A stretch of DNA of 64,000 nt from an uncultured Erysipelotrichaceae bacterium (GTDB lineage: Bacteria; Bacillota_I; Bacilli_A; RF39; UBA660). Of the stretch, positions 58,398 to 64,000 are shown one piece after another. A program made the translations under genes and the position numbers. Within the stretch, counting starts at the first letter, position 1, and every line of letters begins with the position of its first letter. The stretch is from positions 1,376-65,375 of the forward strand of contig CADCFX010000007.1 in NCBI GenBank assembly GCA_902800945.1, in the 5' to 3' direction. The notes beneath the pieces were generated by a model. It made no database searches. It was not told the DNA's origin and worked only from the letters and a program-made list of their open reading frames with translations.

Positions 58398-59312
58398 ATG
58401 TTAAAAAGAATTAAATTAGTTATACTTGTATTTTTAGTAATATTGCTTTGTGGTTGTGGTGTAGGTAGTGTTAAAGTTAATAATCCTTTAACAGAGAATG
58501 AAATTATTAATTATGTACAAAATGAAATTTATAGAGAAACTGGAGATGAAACAAGAGTAAGTATTATAAATAAAGAAAAATTATCGGTTTGTACGGCTTG
58601 GTTTGATGGATGTGTAAGATATCAAACAGTTGAAGGTGGTCATTGGTATGAAGTAGAAATAATTAACAAGTCTAATAATGAAATAATCGGAAAAGGTAAA
58701 TATAGAGATGGATATATAAAATATGATAAACAATACACAAACGGAAAAAGCGAAAGTGCTCATTCCTTTACAAGCAATTATAAAGAGCAAAAAGGTTTAT
58801 TTTTAATAAAAAACGAATTTATTAATGCTTTAAATGAAAAATTTAATAAGTATCATATTTATAATGATGTAAGTAATGATACAGGATACGATATATTTAT
58901 TAATTCTTCTAATTATGATGACATTAATGATTTGTTATTAAAATTTAAAAACACTGTTATTAAATATCGAGATATTGCTTATACAAGTTATAGTGTATAC
59001 ATTTACAAGGATGAAAATGTTTTTAATAATACTAATTTCGATTTATACAAAAATGGACATGAATATTATGGTGGACAATCATATGGAAAGGATATGATTG
59101 AACAATATACAGGTAAAGAAGTAATTAGAATTGGTGGTGGCAAAGATTTTAATTATGAATTATTTACAAGTAATGGTGCTTCTGCAGCTAATACAAATGA
59201 TGAATATATTGATTATAATACCTTTGAATATTTGGTTTTCTGGTATAATGCTGAACCGAATTCATTTGTCGGTTATAATACCCCATCAATGCAAATATTT
59301 GGAGTAAAATAA
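58398..59312 (+). CDS. Lipoprotein, unknown function
   Basis: Signal peptide with a lipobox (VFLVILLCG-C). 304 aa. RBS GGAGG. Confidence 0.7.
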   Translation: MLKRIKLVILVFLVILLCGCGVGSVKVNNPLTENEIINYVQNEIYRETGDETRVSIINKEKLSVCTAWFDGCVRYQTVEGGHWYEVEIINKSNNEIIGKGKYRDGYIKYDKQYTNGKSESAHSFTSNYKEQKGLFLIKNEFINALNEKFNKYHIYNDVSNDTGYDIFINSSNYDDINDLLLKFKNTVIKYRDIAYTSYSVYIYKDENVFNNTNFDLYKNGHEYYGGQSYGKDMIEQYTGKEVIRIGGGKDFNYELFTSNGASAANTNDEYIDYNTFEYLVFWYNAEPNSFVGYNTPSMQIFGVK

Positions 59313-59558
<246 letters not shown>

Positions 59559-59665
59559 TTATTCCCATAATGCATAACCCCCATTAATACATTTTAGGCA
59601 TATATCTTTCAGTTGTTATATATAATAGTATTTTTGTCTTAAAAAAGTCAATAGTTAGCGAAATA

Positions 59666-59947
59666 TCAGGCATTTAGTAGATTTTTAATATAATCTTCAA
59701 GTTCCACAAGTTGAATCTTTTTATTTAGACTACCAACATAAATATCAGTAGAATAATTAAACACTAGAAATGTAGTATCTTTAACAATAATCTTGTGTGG
59801 CTCTATGTAAGATAAATTAGTCTTATCAATTTTTCTAATACTACCATTTATAATAATAGGTTTGATATGACAAAACTCACATATAAATTCTAGTCTTTGT
59901 TTAAGATTACTTTCTATTTCTAGTTCTTGTGTAATAATCTTAATCAC
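59666..59947 (-). CDS. Hypothetical small protein (93 aa)
   Basis: GTG start with the RBS AAGGATGG. No family recognised. Confidence 0.45.
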   Translation of the reverse strand: MIKIITQELEIESNLKQRLEFICEFCHIKPIIINGSIRKIDKTNLSYIEPHKIIVKDTTFLVFNYSTDIYVGSLNKKIQLVELEDYIKNLLNA

Positions 59948-60057
59948 TACAACACCATCCTTTCTTTTAAGGATGACTTTTTAATAGAACTTCCAAGCAA
60001 ACACGTGGAGTTCGACAAACAAAAAATCAACTCAATTATGAGTTGATATCTATCGTA

Positions 60058-60106
60058 AATGTTCGAAATGTTCGAAAAGTTCGAACAGAAACATCAATGG
60101 AGCAAG
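60058..60106. repeat. Right copy of the direct repeat, overlapping the 3' end of tRNA-Gly; contains three tandem 9-mers
   Basis: aatgttcga aatgttcga aaagttcga acagaaacatcaatggagcaag. The last 9 nt are the tRNA 3' end, including CCA. Confidence 0.7.
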
Positions 60107-60171
60107 CAACGGGAATCGAACCCGCATTTAATGCTTGGGAAGCACTCGTTCTACCATTGAACTATGCCTGC
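60098..60171 (-). tRNA. tRNA-Gly (anticodon CCC)
   Basis: The reverse complement is GCAGGCATAGTTCAATGGTAGAACGAGTGCTTCCCAAGCATTAAATGCGGGTTCGATTCCCGTTGCTTGCTCCA. It forms a 74-nt cloverleaf with anticodon loop TTCCCAA, discriminator U and encoded CCA. It closely resembles known bacterial tRNA-Gly(CCC). Confidence 0.9.
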
Positions 60172-60272
60172 AGTTCTTATTAATTGTACTACAAAAACAA
60201 ATATAAATCTATATTTTTAAGCTTAAATATTATTTGGGCTTATGATATTATTGTGATGATGGAGATGATTAT

Positions 60273-60665
60273 ATGAAGGTTTTAAGTTTGACCGAGCCTT
60301 ATGCAACTTTGATTAAGGAAAAGAAAAAAAGAATTGAAACTCGAAGCTGGAAAACAAGTTATAGAGGTGAATTATATATTCATGCTAGTTCGACAAAGAT
60401 TCCGAAGGAATGGAAAGATAATAAAGAGTTGATGGCTTTAGTAGATAATACTGATTTAAACTTTGGATGTATTATTTGTAAATGTAATCTAGTTGATTGT
60501 ATTTGTATGACAAGGGAGTATGTAGATAGTATTAAGAAGAATAATTATCAGGAGTTTGTTTGTGGTGTTTATGAAGAAGGAAGATATGCTTGGATATTGG
60601 AAAATATAGAGCCATTAGAAACTCCTATAAAAGCTAAGGGTAGATTAGGTATATGGGATTGTTAG
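60273..60665 (+). CDS. ASCH-domain protein
   Basis: 130 aa. LTEPYATLIKEKKKRIETRSWKTSYRGELYIHAS and GRLGIW are typical of ASCH/PUA-like small proteins. Confidence 0.65.
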   Translation: MKVLSLTEPYATLIKEKKKRIETRSWKTSYRGELYIHASSTKIPKEWKDNKELMALVDNTDLNFGCIICKCNLVDCICMTREYVDSIKKNNYQEFVCGVYEEGRYAWILENIEPLETPIKAKGRLGIWDC

Positions 60666-60690
60666 TATGACTTATTAGATTGTGTAAATT

Positions 60691-60720
60691 AAAAGGGTTG
60701 CTTATTGCAACCTTTTAATA
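60691..60720 (+). terminator. Hairpin after the ASCH gene
   Basis: Stem of about 10 bp (60692-60701 with 60707-60716). Short T-tract. Confidence 0.5.
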
Positions 60721-60807
60721 GCTATTATTCTTCTTTTATTGTATAAGTATTATATCACATTTTTGGAGTGAAAAAAAGCCTTGTACTGCGTATTTTTTAT
60801 TAGTAAA

Positions 60808-62565
60808 ATGCTAACGTGGGGAGTGTTATGTGTGAAAGAATTTTTTAAAAATATTAAATATGTGTGGATGTATGCCAAAAATGAGAGAAAAAGAATAATT
60901 ATTTATTTTTGTTTAAGTGTATTTGGTGTGGTTGCTAGTATTGTTTTTCCTTTTATATCTGCTAAAATAATTGTTGGTTTAACTGATAATAATTTAAAAC
61001 AGTTCATATATATGAGCTTTATATATGTGTTTGTAAGATTAATCGGTGATACAGTTCAGTATTTTAGAGCCAAATTATATGAAAAAGTATTTAGGCATAT
61101 TTATATTAATATTCAGTCAAACTTGGGATCAGAAATATTAAAACTTAGTAATAAGACCTTGGAAGAAAATGGTTCTGGTCTCTTTATTCAAAGATTAGTT
61201 GGAGATACAAGAAATATATCAGGAATATTTACCGATTTGAATAGACATCTAAATGGAATTATATCTAACGTAGGTATAATTGTTACCTTCTTTGTTTTAA
61301 GTAAACCAATATTTGTTTTTGTACTAATTGCTTTTTCTATTAGATTTACAATAGAGATATTAAGGATTAATACGTATAATAAAAATGATAAAGAGTATAG
61401 AGCTAGTAATGATTCTATGACAGGTTTTACAGGAGAAATAGTTAGAGGCGCTGAAGATATAAAAATGTTAAATGGAGAAGAGAGTTTTTTAAAAGAATTA
61501 AAGAATAGATTTGAAAAACTAAATATTGAAAAATACCAGATGGAGAATACTAATTTATCATTTTTAATAGTAAGATGGTATTGGGCTGAAATAAGTTATT
61601 TTATAATGATGTGTCTTATCGCGGTGTCAGTATATAAAGGAACAATGTCTGTAGCTGTAGGAGTTGTTATATTTAATTTTGGTAATAGGTATAATGGGTT
61701 GGTTTCAAGCATTACAGAATTTCATGAATTAATAAAAAGATTTAATTTGTCTGCTACTAGGATATTTGAAATATTCTATGATGATAAATATGAAAAAGAA
61801 AACTTTGGGCAAGAGCATCTTGATAGAGTTAATGGTGATTTTGAGTTTAAAAATGTAACTTTTAAATATGATAAAAATAAAGTTCTTAAAAATTTGAGCT
61901 TTAAAGTAAAAGCCAATGAGACTGTGGCTTTTGTAGGAAAAAGTGGAGCAGGAAAGACTACTATATTTAGTTTATTATGTAAAATGTATGATGGTTATAC
62001 TGGTAAAATATTAATTGATGGTGTAGATATAAAAAGTTTAGATAAAGATTCTATAAGGGGGAATATTACGATAGTTAGTCAAAACCCTTATATTTTTAAT
62101 ATGAGTATTAGAGATAATTTGAAATTAGTTAAAGATAATCTTACGGATAAGGAAATGAAACAAGCGTGTAAGATGGCTTGTTTAGACGATTATATAGAAT
62201 CTCTTCCTAATAAATATGATACTATAGTTGGAGAAGGAGGGGTAACCTTATCGGGTGGGCAGAAACAAAGATTGGCAATTGCTAGAGCGTTTGTTCAAAA
62301 AACGGAGATTATTCTTTTTGATGAGGCAACATCTGCTCTTGATAATGAGACTCAATTCAGAATTCAACAAGCAATTGATAATTTACAAAAGGAATATACT
62401 ATTTTGATAATAGCTCATAGATTGTCAACAATAAAAAATGCTGATAGAATATTAGTATTAGATAATGGTAATATTGTTGCAGAAGGTAAACATGAAGTAT
62501 TATTAAAGAATTGTGATCAATATAAAGAACTATATAATACAGAAATTAACAAAAATGAGCTTTGA
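60808..62565 (+). CDS. ABC exporter, fused permease and ATPase (MsbA/bacteriocin-exporter-like)
   Basis: 6-TM domain plus an NBD with Walker A GKSGAGKTT, signature LSGGQKQR, Walker B ILFDEATSALD and H-loop IAHRL. The start is ambiguous: ATG 60808, or GTG 60832 with the RBS GGGAG. Confidence 0.85.
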   Translation: MLTWGVLCVKEFFKNIKYVWMYAKNERKRIIIYFCLSVFGVVASIVFPFISAKIIVGLTDNNLKQFIYMSFIYVFVRLIGDTVQYFRAKLYEKVFRHIYINIQSNLGSEILKLSNKTLEENGSGLFIQRLVGDTRNISGIFTDLNRHLNGIISNVGIIVTFFVLSKPIFVFVLIAFSIRFTIEILRINTYNKNDKEYRASNDSMTGFTGEIVRGAEDIKMLNGEESFLKELKNRFEKLNIEKYQMENTNLSFLIVRWYWAEISYFIMMCLIAVSVYKGTMSVAVGVVIFNFGNRYNGLVSSITEFHELIKRFNLSATRIFEIFYDDKYEKENFGQEHLDRVNGDFEFKNVTFKYDKNKVLKNLSFKVKANETVAFVGKSGAGKTTIFSLLCKMYDGYTGKILIDGVDIKSLDKDSIRGNITIVSQNPYIFNMSIRDNLKLVKDNLTDKEMKQACKMACLDDYIESLPNKYDTIVGEGGVTLSGGQKQRLAIARAFVQKTEIILFDEATSALDNETQFRIQQAIDNLQKEYTILIIAHRLSTIKNADRILVLDNGNIVAEGKHEVLLKNCDQYKELYNTEINKNEL

Positions 62566-62598
62566 TACTATGATTAGCTGAAGGGAATGATGGTGATT

Positions 62599-63078
62599 AT
62601 GGCCGATATTAATCCTAATATGATTGTTGATAATATGGAACCATGGGAGTTCCGTTTTAAAAAGAATGTGGAGTGTTCAGAATTATATTTGCCTCTAACT
62701 CCTAATAATGAACAATATTTATTATTGAAGCAGTCGCCTGATGGCTGGAATACTCACTACTATGTTTTGAATGGAAGCTTTTTAGTAATTGGAAGATTTG
62801 ATTGCTGTGTAAAATTAAAACAGCAAAATTGTGGGATATCTTATCATATAATTGACGAATATCAAAATAGGGGAATTGGCCAAACTGTATTAAGTGCTGT
62901 TGTTCAAGATTTGTTTGATAATTATGGTGTGGAGCGCCTTATAGTAAGGCCTACGTCTAACAATGTAAGAAGTGTTTCCATAGCATCTAAAGCAGGATTT
63001 GTTCATATGAAGGGTATGATTTGGGAGTTGAAATCAGAAGATTATTATAATTCTAAATCTGGAATAACTATTAAATAA
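62599..63078 (+). CDS. GNAT-family N-acetyltransferase
   Basis: Acetyl-CoA binding motif QNRGIGQTVL and ...VRSVSIASKAGFV. The start lies somewhere in 62587-62599. Confidence 0.7.
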   Translation: MADINPNMIVDNMEPWEFRFKKNVECSELYLPLTPNNEQYLLLKQSPDGWNTHYYVLNGSFLVIGRFDCCVKLKQQNCGISYHIIDEYQNRGIGQTVLSAVVQDLFDNYGVERLIVRPTSNNVRSVSIASKAGFVHMKGMIWELKSEDYYNSKSGITIK

Positions 63079-63259
63079 TTTGGAAGGTATAAATACAAGT
63101 TAATAAAACCTAATTGTTTTTTGATATAATTAATTGTAGCAGAAAAAAAATCTAAAATCTGGTCTATGAAAAGATGGATGTGGAAAGTAAAATGGTGTAT
63201 AATATGAGTTATAATTGTAAGATACAGATTTTGTGTTTGTGAGGGAAAGGAAGAGATTA

Positions 63260-63403
63260 ATGAACGAACCGGTTGTTGATAATAATTTGGATAAAATTAT
63301 GTCATTAAGTAAAGAAGAATTGGCTAGAATTTTTTCTCAGTTATCTGTGGAAGAACTTGAAGGCTTATTAAATAGGCTAAATGAGGTGGGTATAAATGAC
63401 TAA
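63260..63403 (+). CDS. Small hypothetical protein (47 aa)
   Basis: Not in the ORF track. ATG 63260 follows the RBS GGAAAGGAAGAG, and the ORF ends at TAA 63401-63403. It overlaps the next ORF by 8 nt. Confidence 0.4.
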   Translation: MNEPVVDNNLDKIMSLSKEELARIFSQLSVEELEGLLNRLNEVGIND

Positions 63404-64000
63404 GGAAGAATTTTTAGCAATGGTTAGCAGCGAAATTGACAAGTTGGAAGAAGAAGAAAAAAAATTAAAAAATGAAGTTGAGTATTATAAAGCTACGAAT
63501 CCGTGGGGGGCTGAAATTCTAGATGCTGAGTATAGATATGGTCTTGTTAAAAGCAAAATAGAAGCTATAAAAAGATTTATAGAATTACCAGCTTATGAGA
63601 GAATACAAGCTATGTCTGTTTCTGAAATTGAAAAGTATAAAAAAGGTAAAATTCATGATCTGCAATTAGAAATAGATAGAATCGATGCACAGATAAAACA
63701 AGAAGAAGGAAGATTATCTGGTTTAGTGTCTGAACGAGAACAACTTATTGATGGTTTTTCTAAAATGGATCCCTTGAGTAGAAACGCCGCAGTAATTAGA
63801 GGGCGTAAGATATCTTCTGAGCTAAATGCTAGGGGGAAATTGCCGGAACTAGAAAGAAAAAAGGCAAAAATTACACAGGAAAAAGATCAATTGGCTTCAA
63901 TGACTCCAGAAGAGATAAAAAAACAGTTGTCTTCCGAAATAAAAGGAAGCAGTGATTTAGCAAGAAGCGTTGAATCGTTAATGGATAATGTGGATTTAAC
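63396..64000 (+). CDS. Coiled-coil hypothetical protein, 5' partial (runs off the window)
   Basis: Not in the ORF track. ATG 63396 stays open to the window end (MTKEEFLAMVSSEIDKLEEEEKKLKNEVEYYK...). Confidence 0.5.
   Translation, partial: MTKEEFLAMVSSEIDKLEEEEKKLKNEVEYYKATNPWGAEILDAEYRYGLVKSKIEAIKRFIELPAYERIQAMSVSEIEKYKKGKIHDLQLEIDRIDAQIKQEEGRLSGLVSEREQLIDGFSKMDPLSRNAAVIRGRKISSELNARGKLPELERKKAKITQEKDQLASMTPEEIKKQLSSEIKGSSDLARSVESLMDNVDL

Noticed and set aside
58581-58790. Minus-strand ORF 58581-58790
   Set aside because: It is antisense within the lipoprotein gene.

Overview
The window is very AT-rich, uses the standard genetic code (TGA is a stop at 7751-7753 and 56183-56185), and looks like low-GC Bacillota. 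Supporting signs are a T-box leader, lipobox lipoproteins, a YtxH/DUF948 pair, a CpsC/CpsD pair and a MurJ/SpoVB-type flippase. Taxonomy beyond that is inference.

Housekeeping genes recognisable from motifs: rnr, mnmA, lemA, gltX (with promoter and T-box), rpsP plus a KH protein, an acyl-CoA ligase, a CobW-type GTPase, trmB, galE, an ABC exporter, a GNAT, tRNA-Glu(CUC) and tRNA-Gly(CCC).

The main finding is an operon-like block of about 24 kb on one strand (10.34-34.77 kb), bounded by terminators.
- A divergent F-type-ATPase-like gene set sits in the order c-like, b-like, alpha-like, gamma-like, beta-like, short epsilon-like, then a 5-TM protein.
- It lies between three very large N-terminally membrane-anchored surface proteins of 1777, 506 and 3546 aa.
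- No a or delta subunit gene is present in the block.
- The c-like proteolipid has Ser where the essential ion-binding carboxylate should be.
- The alpha/beta catalytic motifs are intact.
- I read this as a candidate F1-like mechanical ATPase coupled to giant surface proteins, loosely comparable to the mycoplasma F1-like ATPase clusters. A c-ring-like component and this gene context are, as far as I know, not described for those clusters.

Secondary points of interest:
- a translationally coupled pair of a HerA/FtsK-like ATPase and a Cys-rich repeat protein;
- a decayed integration scar at tRNA-Gly with imperfect direct repeats and a truncated serine-recombinase gene;
- two tandem membrane-anchored serpins;
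- three tandem paralogous anchored proteins;
- a protein with an internal duplication.

All family assignments come from motif recognition by eye. No searches were run.
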